Source of the DNA: Candidatus Bathyarchaeota archaeon
Lineage (GTDB): Archaea; Thermoproteota; Bathyarchaeia; Bathyarchaeales; SOJC01
Assembly: GCA_023131225.1 (NCBI GenBank)
Contig: JAGLZW010000007.1
Location: forward strand, 24,289 to 88,288
Reading direction: 5' to 3'
Length of the DNA stretch: 64,000 nt
The position numbers and the translations under genes were made by a program. The notes beneath the pieces were generated by a model that saw nothing but the letters and a program-made list of their open reading frames with translations, was not told where the DNA came from and made no database searches. Position 1 is the stretch's first letter. The number at the start of each line of letters is the position of its first letter. Below, in pieces: positions 46,023 through 55,403 of the stretch.

Positions 46023-47599
46023 AGGTAAAATTGCGAAAAAAAAGAAAAGGAAAAACGCAAGAAAAAATAAAATTCAGCATTTCAGAAGAAGATTTAGCTG
46101 GATACTTAAACCTAAAAAGATGGACTGTCCCCGAAGGATACACTGAGACTGAAACTTACCCGCTAAAAGCTCCCTTCTCTTACGCATCTATAGTTCAAAA
46201 CGAAGAAACGGGAGCATACCTGTATATTGTCGACGAACTACCTCTAACAAAAGAAGAAAACGACCTTTTCTTCAGAATGAGAAACATCTCGGAATATGAA
46301 CTTCAAGCTCCCGAAGGCGACGAAACACTAAGCGAGTCCTTCCACACCCAAATGCCTGACATAATTGACTCGCACCAAAAAGTGTTCCAGAATGTTTCTA
46401 CCATAAGCCTCAGAAAGATACTGCACTATCTGGAACGGGACATTGTCGGTTACGGAAGAATCGATCCATTAATGTTCGACCCCTACGTAGAAGACATAAG
46501 CTGCAGCGGAGTCAACAAAAACATTTTCCTTTGGCACAGACGATACGAAAACATTAGAACAAACATTTTTTTCAGGGAAGAACAAGAACTCGACGATTTT
46601 GTCATGAAGATCGTTCACAAAGCAGGAAAACACGTTAGCATAGCCTTTCCCATAGTAGACGTCACTCTACCCGGACAGCACCGTCTGGCAGTATCCTATG
46701 GAAAAGAAACAACCCCCTCAGGAACAAGCTTCACCATACGAAAGTTCCGAGAGGACCCCTTCACCATAGTTGACTTAATTGAAAACGAGACCATAGACGA
46801 GAACATTGCAGCATACTTGTGGCTTCTGATGGAAAACAAAATGTCGGTGATGATCATGGGTGCGACAGGAGCAGGCAAAACAACTGCACTGAACGCAATA
46901 GCATGCTTGATAAGACCCAACTACAAGATAATTTCTGTTGAAGAAGTTGCTGAAATTAACCTGCCTCATGAGAACTGGACTGCGACCATTGCCCGCTCAG
47001 GATTCGGAGTGGAAGGCGAAGGAGAAATCACACTCTACGACTTGATAAAATCAGCTGTACGACATCGTCCAGACCTGATTATTGTGGGGGAGGTGCGGGG
47101 CGAAGAAGCTTACGTACTCTTTCAAGCTCTTGCGACAGGACACGGCGGTTTATGCACTCTACATGCGGAAGACGTAGAGACGTCGATTCAAAGATTGACA
47201 CAGCCTCCGATGAACATTCCATCATCCATCATTCCATTAATGAACTGTGCAATTATCGTAAAGCATGTTAGAACACCTATCTTCCTAAGCGGTGAGAAAA
47301 GGCTTTCCAGTAGAAAATTCATTCGAGTGGCTGAGATAAAAAATGCAAACTCGATAAAAGACGCATTCACATGGAGTGCTTCTACAGATACTTTTCAAGA
47401 AGACCTGAGCAACAGCTACTTGGTAGCTAAGATTGCGAGGAATCTTGATATTTCAATTGAGCAAGTTTTAGATGATTTAGAACAACGGAAAAAAACGTTG
47501 CTAAACATGGCAGAGCGTAATATTCGAGATCATCGTAGCGTAAATGTTGTCTTGAGCAAATATTACTACAATCCTAAAGGTTCGAGAAAGATTGAGTAG
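46019..47599 (+). CDS. Type II/IV secretion-family ATPase (FlaI/PilB-like pilus assembly ATPase)
   Basis: GTG start overlaps the upstream stop (GTGA). Walker A GATGAGKTT, Walker B/Asp box LIIVGEVRGEEA, His box GHGGLCTLHA. Confidence 0.85.
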   Translation: MKVKLRKKRKGKTQEKIKFSISEEDLAGYLNLKRWTVPEGYTETETYPLKAPFSYASIVQNEETGAYLYIVDELPLTKEENDLFFRMRNISEYELQAPEGDETLSESFHTQMPDIIDSHQKVFQNVSTISLRKILHYLERDIVGYGRIDPLMFDPYVEDISCSGVNKNIFLWHRRYENIRTNIFFREEQELDDFVMKIVHKAGKHVSIAFPIVDVTLPGQHRLAVSYGKETTPSGTSFTIRKFREDPFTIVDLIENETIDENIAAYLWLLMENKMSVMIMGATGAGKTTALNAIACLIRPNYKIISVEEVAEINLPHENWTATIARSGFGVEGEGEITLYDLIKSAVRHRPDLIIVGEVRGEEAYVLFQALATGHGGLCTLHAEDVETSIQRLTQPPMNIPSSIIPLMNCAIIVKHVRTPIFLSGEKRLSSRKFIRVAEIKNANSIKDAFTWSASTDTFQEDLSNSYLVAKIARNLDISIEQVLDDLEQRKKTLLNMAERNIRDHRSVNVVLSKYYYNPKGSRKIE

Positions 47600-47610
47600 G
47601 TGAGAGCACG

Positions 47611-49119
47611 TTGGCGTCTAGCTATAATCCACTAAATATATTCCGTTCAATGATAACGTTGCTTTCTGGAAAGCAAAAGGCCTCCGAGATTGATAAAGAG
47701 ATGCCTTTCACTGTAATGTTGTTTACTTTGATGGCAGCTAGCGGAATCGCCGTTTATGATGCGTGGAAAAAAATGAGTCGAATCAGTTTGCTGCCCAAAA
47801 CTCAAAAGGAAGCTCAGGAAGTGGTGCGGCAAGTTGAAGTTTTAGGATATGACCCTTTGACCGTGATGTACAGAAAAGCTGAAGAAGCAACCTCAAAAAC
47901 TTACCACGACTTCCTTGGGGGCTATGTTTCCTCGGTAAAAAGCGGTATAAACGTGGTTAATTTCTTAAGAAACAAACTTCATTCAATCCTAGAAGTACAA
48001 AGTGCAGGTGCATTTCGTTCGATTGAAAAGCTGGGAACATTGGTTGAGGCGTATGCGGTTATGCTTATTGTTACACTTTGTATTTACATTCTGTATGTTG
48101 TAATGTCTGCAACAAACACTTTTGAGTCTACGTCTGTAGGTATGGCCTCTTCATCTTCACAACCCCTCATGTATGCTTTGATTTTTCTCGCAACTCCATT
48201 TACCACATTAATTTTCATGGCTATAGCTAATCTTGCGCGTCAAAGCAACTTACTCTCTATCAAAGAAGTTTACCGCAATGTTATATTCTCGAGCGGAGCT
48301 GCTTCAGGATTCTTTGCCGCTGCGATGTTCTTGCCACAACTAGGTTTCATTATTGAAATGTTGACTTTACCAGGACTAGTAATAATTTGCCTCTTGGCCA
48401 TTTCTCTGCCTCCTGCTTTTGCTTACCGGAAAATCGCAAAAGAAAACTTTGCCGCAGAAGAAGCCATGCCCAGTTTTCTCAGAGACGTAACCGAGTCTAG
48501 AAAAATCGGTCTTTCACCTGTGAAAAGCATCATCCACGCCACCAAAAGGACAGGATATGGATCATTCAATGAAACTTTGCAGCTTGTTCGCAGCCAAATT
48601 GAGTGGGGAGTTCCGCTTAGAAAGATTTTCAGCAACATAACAAAGCAAATTCGAAGCTGGCCAGTTTTGGTGTACTTCCTAATTTTGATTGAAACCATAG
48701 AGTTTGGTGGCGGTTCTGCAGACGCGTTAGAAATATTATCTAATTATAGTGAAAGGACAAAAGAGATAGAGGCGGACAAGCGGGCCACACTCAAACCCTA
48801 TGTTATGTTAGCCTTCGTTTGGAGCGTGCTGATAGCCCTCACAACCTCCATAGTGGCAATAACAATCGGCGTCCTAACCCAAATCACCGTGCCAAGCTCT
48901 TCACCAGCCACGTTCGGCTCTATGCAACATCAAATCCTAATATTTTCTATAGGTATAATCCTTCAATGCTGGATGTCCGGCTTTTTCATAGGCAAAATAA
49001 GCGAAGGCACTTTTGCGGCGGGCTTTAAATATTCAGCGATGCTTGCAGTCACTGGCTATGTCTCTCTCATTCTGTCTCAAAACTACCTTGCTGGGATGCT
49101 TGGAGCTGTATCAGGATAG
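47611..49119 (+). CDS. FlaJ/TadC-type polytopic platform protein
   Basis: 502 aa with two similar halves of TM helices separated by cytoplasmic domains; immediately follows the ATPase. Confidence 0.75.
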   Translation: MASSYNPLNIFRSMITLLSGKQKASEIDKEMPFTVMLFTLMAASGIAVYDAWKKMSRISLLPKTQKEAQEVVRQVEVLGYDPLTVMYRKAEEATSKTYHDFLGGYVSSVKSGINVVNFLRNKLHSILEVQSAGAFRSIEKLGTLVEAYAVMLIVTLCIYILYVVMSATNTFESTSVGMASSSSQPLMYALIFLATPFTTLIFMAIANLARQSNLLSIKEVYRNVIFSSGAASGFFAAAMFLPQLGFIIEMLTLPGLVIICLLAISLPPAFAYRKIAKENFAAEEAMPSFLRDVTESRKIGLSPVKSIIHATKRTGYGSFNETLQLVRSQIEWGVPLRKIFSNITKQIRSWPVLVYFLILIETIEFGGGSADALEILSNYSERTKEIEADKRATLKPYVMLAFVWSVLIALTTSIVAITIGVLTQITVPSSSPATFGSMQHQILIFSIGIILQCWMSGFFIGKISEGTFAAGFKYSAMLAVTGYVSLILSQNYLAGMLGAVSG

Positions 49120-49137
49120 GAGCGTGGCTTTAAAGAG

Positions 49138-50214
49138 ATGCCTGCATCTTCGGTGGACACATTTTTTGCATGTTCGCTAATGGTCATTCTCATTGTTTCA
49201 GCAATGGTTGGCACAGCTAAGGTTATGCAGCCCTACATAAACGATCTATCAAACATGAACGGAATGGAACGTTGCAGAGGTTTGGCTGAATACCTACTTC
49301 TAAGCACAGGTAAGCCGTCCAATTGGGGAAAAATGGCAGACGTTGCTCCAACAGCTTTCGGTTTGGCATCAGAAACTCAAAGGCCTTATGAACTTGATTT
49401 AGACAAAGTTTCCCGACTGAACAATAACAGCATCCACTCAATTACTTACCAAGAGATTTCAGCAGCCTTAGGAACCAAAGACATATCTCTAAACATAAAA
49501 ATTCATCCCCTATTTGAGGTTTCCATAAATTTAGTCTCGAACCAAAGTGGAGAAACAGAAACCACCTATACGTTTCAGGTTTCCACAAGTAAATCCGGGT
49601 TTCCAGTTTCGGCGTGGTTGCAGTGTTACACAGTTGTCGAAACATACAGCAACAACGTTTCCTCTTCAACTGGCTCTAACGGAGTAGACCTTGTAAACGC
49701 TACCTTACCTAATTCGCCTAACGGAATGGCGTTATTTATGGTGTTTGCGAAAGCAAAAGCGGATTCTCGAATGATGGCTTTTAACGTGCATTCCTTTAGT
49801 CATAACTCTGAAACTCCCGAACCTAATGGAACTTTTCTCCAACTCAGCCCCTTAAACTACGTCTTAAACGTCTCTTTTCAATACCAGACAGTAGAGATTT
49901 CGAACGCTTACGTCTTCACCTGCAACTATCATTTCAACCTCTCACAAATCGCTGCTGGAAACCAAGCAGTTGAATATAGTATTCCACATCTTCTAGACGT
50001 CAGTCCTATGATGCTTGTGCTCAATGGAAACAATGGTTCAACTTCTTTTGCAGAATGGACTGCATATCCACAGTTACCATTAGAAATTGGTGCAGACTTT
50101 GTCGATTTGACCACTATGTCGAAGACTGCAGCTTTAACTTACATTGTTAGCATAAACTCAGTCCTTTACGAGTCTATTATAACGTGTAGGAGCGTGCAAA
50201 ACTACGATGCCTAA
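49138..50214 (+). CDS. Pilus-locus protein with an N-terminal hydrophobic helix, sequon-rich
   Basis: MPASSVDTFFACSLMVILIVSAMVG; extracellular-type composition. Confidence 0.6.
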   Translation: MPASSVDTFFACSLMVILIVSAMVGTAKVMQPYINDLSNMNGMERCRGLAEYLLLSTGKPSNWGKMADVAPTAFGLASETQRPYELDLDKVSRLNNNSIHSITYQEISAALGTKDISLNIKIHPLFEVSINLVSNQSGETETTYTFQVSTSKSGFPVSAWLQCYTVVETYSNNVSSSTGSNGVDLVNATLPNSPNGMALFMVFAKAKADSRMMAFNVHSFSHNSETPEPNGTFLQLSPLNYVLNVSFQYQTVEISNAYVFTCNYHFNLSQIAAGNQAVEYSIPHLLDVSPMMLVLNGNNGSTSFAEWTAYPQLPLEIGADFVDLTTMSKTAALTYIVSINSVLYESIITCRSVQNYDA

Positions 50215-50626
50215 CAATAGGGGACAGATGAGAATCGTTGAAGCGTTTCTGTCAGTTCTGCTGTTGTTCTCAGCCTTGACCATGACCACTCTGATTTCTC
50301 CTGCATCCAACCCTGGTAAGGACAACGACTTGACAACTATGGGAATGCAATTGCTTGTATCTATGGACAATGATGGTCAACTCGGCAGACTTGTTGACGA
50401 TGGAAACTGGACTACTTTGGCAGATGCATTGAATACACTGTTGCCAGTAGGCGTCTCCTACAATTTCACAGTTTACAACGAAAATCTGCAACCAGTCAAC
50501 AACGTCTCCATCTCAAACGGCATAATGCCAAACCAAAACGTAGTTTCCATTCAATATCCCTGCGCCAGTGCAACCTCACAAGGCAGCTATTATCTCCTTC
50601 GCTTGCAACTAGCAACAGCAAGGTGA
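50207..50626 (+). CDS. Minor pilin-like protein (class III signal)
   Basis: MPNNRGQ/MRIVEAFLSVLLLFSALTMTTL; 8-nt overlap with the upstream gene. Confidence 0.65.
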   Translation: MPNNRGQMRIVEAFLSVLLLFSALTMTTLISPASNPGKDNDLTTMGMQLLVSMDNDGQLGRLVDDGNWTTLADALNTLLPVGVSYNFTVYNENLQPVNNVSISNGIMPNQNVVSIQYPCASATSQGSYYLLRLQLATAR

Positions 50627-50633
50627 ACCAACT

Positions 50634-51404
50634 GTGAAAAGAAGAAAAAATCAAAGACACTGTTCGGGGCAAATTCTAGTGTTGGCAGTCTTAGTGGTAA
50701 GTCTTGTTTTGTTATCGACGCAGCTTTACATCTACGAAGTTGGCAGATCTCTGGATGGAATCGAGTCAATAAGGGTAAACGATTTTGTGTTAGCTGTGAA
50801 ACTCGGCTCGAAACATGTAGTTACCGGCGCGTTGGCTAACATCTCGGTTGGAGGTGAGGGGCCAATTCTTTCCGCAAATCTGGAAAGATGGGCATCCTTC
50901 ACGGGTGGCTTGTACATGTTTGGTAAGCCGGTTCTCAATCATACACTTAGAAATGCGCCGCCATACACTAACGGAAGCCGTCTATCATGGGACACTGATG
51001 GATTTGGCATCACAAGTGCTTATGCCAACTTTGATTTCTCACTTTCTGATCGCCAAGTCAATGTTAAATTGCCCTACGCTGTGAACATAACTACGTCACT
51101 TGTCGTGGAAGGCATATATCAAACGTTGCAAGACGGCGTGAAGCAAATAAACGTTACCTGCAACGTGCTGAATGAAGGAAACCCTGCACTGGCTGAAAAC
51201 GTCACTGTGTTATACGAAGATTCTGGTTCTTGGCAGCGCGCAGACAAACAAAGTAGCTATAGTTTTGCTGATTATGGAAATGGAACTTATCTAGTATCCT
51301 TTGAGGCAGATATCCCCGGAGAAAACGTAAACGTCTCTGTTCAAGTGTACGACATAAGAGGGATATATGTCCAAGCAAACGCAACGTGCACGAGTGTTAC
51401 ATGA
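50634..51404 (+). CDS. Minor pilin-like protein (class III signal)
   Basis: GTG start; KRRKNQRHCSGQ/ILVLAVLVVSLVLLST. Confidence 0.6.
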   Translation: MKRRKNQRHCSGQILVLAVLVVSLVLLSTQLYIYEVGRSLDGIESIRVNDFVLAVKLGSKHVVTGALANISVGGEGPILSANLERWASFTGGLYMFGKPVLNHTLRNAPPYTNGSRLSWDTDGFGITSAYANFDFSLSDRQVNVKLPYAVNITTSLVVEGIYQTLQDGVKQINVTCNVLNEGNPALAENVTVLYEDSGSWQRADKQSSYSFADYGNGTYLVSFEADIPGENVNVSVQVYDIRGIYVQANATCTSVT

Positions 51405-51743
51405 ACTAGTAGGCTATCACTCAAAGGGCGTGCCCATTGGGAGATAGAATTAAATCTTCTATTGATCGTTAAGATTTGTTGTAAAGGTGGTTAATGTTGA
51501 ACTTGCTGCAGATATACCTATTGAACCTGATAGTCACTGTGGGCATGTTTCTCGTTCTAACGTTCAGAGCTTGAGTTGAACTCAGAAATTACAAACTAAT
51601 GTGAAAAGAGTTGGAGTGGCGCAAAACCTACAATACTGCTGGTCGCATCTTGAGGGCTGAAAAAGAGCTTTTCACCGAGGTCAAAGGCGGAGAAGAACTG
51701 TATAATCTGCTTCTTGAAATGTTCAAAGCAAAAGAAGAATAGA

Positions 51744-53075
51744 CTACGGGCAGTGCCAGCATGCTAATATGTTCTTAGGTCTGTCCATCTTCTCCTTTCC
51801 ATAACGACTCAAAGGCTTGGTTAAGTGTCTCTGCGACCGCGGAGAAGTAATGAAAAGTCCTTTGGTGATGTCTCGCTTTTCTTCAACCACCCTCTTTTGC
51901 AGATCCGAAGAGCGAAACCCACACTTTGAGCATCGAAATCCCTGACCTACCCCCATAGAACTCATTTTTTTACCGCATCTCAGACATTTCGGATTGTGAG
52001 ATGCTAGTTTAGGTGCAAGTTTGAGGGCTCGTAACTTTTCAAGATTAATCGTTAACGGATGTTTTATGGAGCTTGGCCTGACTCCGCCACAAACTTCCAC
52101 TACGTCTCCAATGATTAGTTGTCTTGCAATCTTCCGCAGAATACCAGTTGGTTCATACGCAGCACAGTCCACCTTGCCTGTTTCATCTTTTATCGAGAAT
52201 ACCCTATGTCTCCGAGGAACCAGTTTAGGCCTCGAAGCTACGATACCAATGACAATTATCGGATAGTATGGCTGGATGTCGCCTATTGTTTTGACTTTTT
52301 TCAGGTGGGCATCTGTTCCGTGATTTGTCCGGAAAACAACCCATCTCTCTATCGGCTCCAACGGTCGAATCATTTTATAGGCTTGAACAACTGCTTCTGC
52401 AGTTTCTCCCCTGACACCGTAGAGAATAGGATCTGGACCTCTGGGGGTAATGAGGATACGTTTGGTTTCAGGGTCGATATTGTTGAAGGTTTGGGATCTG
52501 GTTTTCCGGTCCATTTCTCTGACGGACGCTGAGTCTAATCGTCGGTGGCTACCTCGGTTTTCGGGTGTTCTATACGCTATTACTTCATAAGTGTGGTCTC
52601 CGTCCAAAGTTTCACCTATTGCGGCTAGGGCGCCGACTATACCATACCCTGTTCCGTAGCCCAACGCTTCTGCCTTGAACCTTCTTATGAGCTTTAAAGC
52701 ATCCTCCATTTTGACGATGCTTTGAATAGTTTTTTTAGCGAAAATCTTGATTTCTCGGGGGATTTCAGCGCCTTGAAAAAAGACGATGCCAGGATCTGTG
52801 TCTTTGAAACCCAATTCTGAGTTTTCTTCTACAGTGTCAGCTACGGTTTCAAAGACCGTGTCTACTATGTTTTCGTTGCATGTCATTCGCAGGCAGAGGG
52901 CACCATTTCCTCTGGTTTTCCAAGGTACATTGGGGTTCAGGCGGATGAGGTTGGGGTAATCATTGAATGTAGCGCCTAGTTTCTGCAGTTTCTCTACGAG
53001 TAAGGCAGCTATGTAGGTGGTGCATCCGCCTTTTGGAGAATCTGTGTCGTCGAAGCCGACATGTAAGGTAACCAT
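51744..53075 (-). CDS. tiaS: tRNA(Ile2) 2-agmatinylcytidine synthetase TiaS
   Basis: Start trimmed to MVTLHVGFDDTDSPKGGCTTY (TiaS N-terminal signature). C-terminal zinc ribbon CLRCGKK...CSKCG. Confidence 0.8.
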   Translation of the reverse strand: MVTLHVGFDDTDSPKGGCTTYIAALLVEKLQKLGATFNDYPNLIRLNPNVPWKTRGNGALCLRMTCNENIVDTVFETVADTVEENSELGFKDTDPGIVFFQGAEIPREIKIFAKKTIQSIVKMEDALKLIRRFKAEALGYGTGYGIVGALAAIGETLDGDHTYEVIAYRTPENRGSHRRLDSASVREMDRKTRSQTFNNIDPETKRILITPRGPDPILYGVRGETAEAVVQAYKMIRPLEPIERWVVFRTNHGTDAHLKKVKTIGDIQPYYPIIVIGIVASRPKLVPRRHRVFSIKDETGKVDCAAYEPTGILRKIARQLIIGDVVEVCGGVRPSSIKHPLTINLEKLRALKLAPKLASHNPKCLRCGKKMSSMGVGQGFRCSKCGFRSSDLQKRVVEEKRDITKGLFITSPRSQRHLTKPLSRYGKEKMDRPKNILACWHCP

Positions 53076-53155
53076 TAGCAATTCAGCGTGTTTGAATGTT
53101 TGTAATCTGTGATAAAAAGTCTGTGCCGAAGATGAAAAAAGAGAAAAGGATTGTT

Positions 53156-53419
53156 TTATGTGGAGGCTGCTGGTTCTTCGACTACTATCATGGTTAGTGT
53201 GGAGCGGACTTTGTCGAGTCGTCGCACGTGCCATGTGACTATTTCTTTGAGTTTGTCCATAGTATCTGCGGTGATTTTTGCGACTACGTCGTAGACTCCA
53301 TAGACTGCGTAGGATTCTGTCACTCCTTGAACTCCTTTTAAGGTGTTTAGCACATCGCTTTCTGAGCCGATTTCGGTGTTTATTAGCACAAAAGCTACTG
53401 GCAATTTATCATTCCTCAT
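53156..53419 (-). CDS. Stand-alone Lrp/AsnC-type RAM (ligand-binding) domain protein
   Basis: 87-aa beta-alpha-beta-beta-alpha-beta pattern: VAFVLINTE...VLNTLKGVQGVTESYAVYGVYDVVAKI. Confidence 0.6.
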   Translation of the reverse strand: MRNDKLPVAFVLINTEIGSESDVLNTLKGVQGVTESYAVYGVYDVVAKITADTMDKLKEIVTWHVRRLDKVRSTLTMIVVEEPAAST

Positions 53420-53680
53420 CTCCTATTTTAGAGGTGTAACCTAAAATATTTTGCTACTTTCGGTGCTGAGCATCAATGTATTGATCCATTTGCTTCATGA
53501 ATTTCCACAGACTTCTTTGTGGCTGGGGGCTGTGGGGTTGACTCCTCTGGCTTCGTGTCAAGCATAGTGATGATGAATTCTTTGTTTCCAAACCCCTTGA
53601 TAGCTATTTTGTATGCAATTTTGGAAAAATATAAACGTTGGTCTGCGGACTAGTGTTTCTCTTCAAATAGCAAGTATAAG

Positions 53681-55390
53681 GTGAGATTGTTGGAAACGTT
53701 AACTCATGATATAGTTATAGTGGGAGCTGGCATGGCTGGCCTTAGAGCTGCAATTGCCGCTGCCGAGGTTAACAGAAAAATCGACGTGGCCGTAATTTCT
53801 AAAGTCTATCCCGTACGTTCGCACTCGGTCTGCGCACAAGGCGGCACCGCTGCTATGCTAAGAGAGGGTGACTCTTACAATTTACACGCTTGGGACACCG
53901 TTAAAGGGTCGGATTTTCTCGCAGACCAAGACGTTGTAGAGTTCTTTGTCAGGAAAGCTCCTGAGGAGATCATTACATTAGACCATTGGGGGCTCCCATG
54001 GAGCAGAACCGAGGATGGAAAAATAAATCAACGTCCTTTTGGCGGTCACAGTTTTCCAAGAGCATGCTTTGCAGCTGACATGACAGGCTTTCACGAGATG
54101 CATGCATTGGATGGAAAAGCTAAGGCATATGATAACATAAAATTCTATGATGAATGGTTTGTTACTTCCCTTATCGTTGAGGATAACGTTGCAGCAGGTT
54201 TGACGGCAATAGAACTGAAGACTGGTGAAATGGCCATCTTTCGCAGCAAAGCCGTCATAATGGCGACTGGCGGCTATGCACGTGTATATCAGTTTACAAC
54301 ATTTTCCCATACGGCGACTGGAGATGGGATGACTATGGCCTATCGAGCGGGTGTACCTCTAAAAGACATGGAATTTATCCAATTCCATCCCACAGGGATG
54401 GTTCCATCGGGGATATTGATTACTGGGGGCGCCCGTGGCGAAGGGGGATACTTAGTCAATGCTAAGGGTGAGCGTTTTATGAAACGCTACGCGTCTGAAA
54501 AGATGGAGTTAGCTCCACGAGACATTGTTTCCAGAGCAGAGACAATAGAGATTCAGGAGGGACGTGGACTAGAAGGCCCTTATGGACCTTACATAGCCTT
54601 AGATCTTAGACATTTGGGCGAGGAGAAGATAAACGAGAGGTTACCTCTTATCCGCGACGTTGCTATAAAACTGAGTGGAGTAGACCCTGTAAAGGAACCA
54701 ATACCTATCAGGCCAGCAGCTCACTACTCTATGGGAGGAATTCATGCTAACATAAAGACGGAAACGCCAATTTCAGGGTTTTACGCTACTGGCGAATGCG
54801 CTTGTTTAAATGTGCATGGAGCAAATAGGCTCGGCACTAACTCGACGTCTGATTGCCTAGTTTTTGGATTTGTTGCTGGCGAAGAAGCTGCCAAATACGC
54901 TCTTTCAAACAGTTTTCGAGAAATTCCACGTGAAAAAATCTTGGCAGAGGAAAGAAGAGTTTTTGACGAAATTTTGGGCAGCGAAGGCGACGAAAAAGTT
55001 CCTGTTATCAGAGATGAGTTGAGAGGTATCATGAGTGGGAAAGTGTGGGTATTCAGAAAAGGCGACGAACTGGAGAGCGGTTTGAAGGAACTAAAGAGGC
55101 TCAAGGAGAGATTCAAAAACATAAGGGTTGAAGACAAAGATAGGCAATTCAACACTGGGCTTGTAGCAGCCTTGCAGCTTGACTTCACCTTGGACCTATC
55201 TGAAGCTACGATAGCAGGCGCACTTGCTAGAACAGAATCGAGAGGAGCTCATACCAGACTTGACTGTCCCAAGCGTGATGACGGAAATTGGCTGAAACAC
55301 ACTATTGCTTACTACACAAAGGAAGGCCCCAGACTCGAGTACATTCCAGTTACCATAACCAGGTGGCCTCCTGCCGCAAGAGCCTATTAG
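53681..55390 (+). CDS. tfrA: Fumarate reductase / succinate dehydrogenase flavoprotein subunit (TfrA/SdhA type)
   Basis: FAD fold [38 protein letters not shown], and GANRLG near the active site. Confidence 0.85.
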   Translation: MRLLETLTHDIVIVGAGMAGLRAAIAAAEVNRKIDVAVISKVYPVRSHSVCAQGGTAAMLREGDSYNLHAWDTVKGSDFLADQDVVEFFVRKAPEEIITLDHWGLPWSRTEDGKINQRPFGGHSFPRACFAADMTGFHEMHALDGKAKAYDNIKFYDEWFVTSLIVEDNVAAGLTAIELKTGEMAIFRSKAVIMATGGYARVYQFTTFSHTATGDGMTMAYRAGVPLKDMEFIQFHPTGMVPSGILITGGARGEGGYLVNAKGERFMKRYASEKMELAPRDIVSRAETIEIQEGRGLEGPYGPYIALDLRHLGEEKINERLPLIRDVAIKLSGVDPVKEPIPIRPAAHYSMGGIHANIKTETPISGFYATGECACLNVHGANRLGTNSTSDCLVFGFVAGEEAAKYALSNSFREIPREKILAEERRVFDEILGSEGDEKVPVIRDELRGIMSGKVWVFRKGDELESGLKELKRLKERFKNIRVEDKDRQFNTGLVAALQLDFTLDLSEATIAGALARTESRGAHTRLDCPKRDDGNWLKHTIAYYTKEGPRLEYIPVTITRWPPAARAY

Positions 55391-55403
55391 GAGATGAATA
55401 TGC

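Noticed and set aside
42130-51587. 13-nt direct repeat GTTGAACTCAGAA at 42130-42142 and 51575-51587, flanking the whole pilus locus (possible island boundaries)
   Set aside because: The order-of-magnitude expectation for identical 12-13-mers in a 64-kb window on both strands is tens to hundreds of pairs. There is no extended similarity around the match.
51611-51742. Small TTG-initiated ORF (43 aa, LEWRKTYNTAGRILRAEKELFTEVKGGEELYNLLLEMFKAKEE) between the pilus locus and tiaS. A 26-codon hydrophobic ORF (MLNLLQIYLLNLIVTVGMFLVLTFRA) also lies upstream at about 51495-51575.
   Set aside because: The composition is protein-like, but there is no ATG start for the first ORF, no clear ribosome-binding site and no motif. 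These cannot be supported from sequence alone.
53076-53234. N-terminal 53-codon extension of the TiaS ORF overlapping the AsnC-type gene
   Set aside because: The conserved TiaS N-terminus (MVTLHVGFDDTDS) starts at the internal ATG 53075. The extension is Ser/Thr/His-rich and overlaps a better-supported gene.
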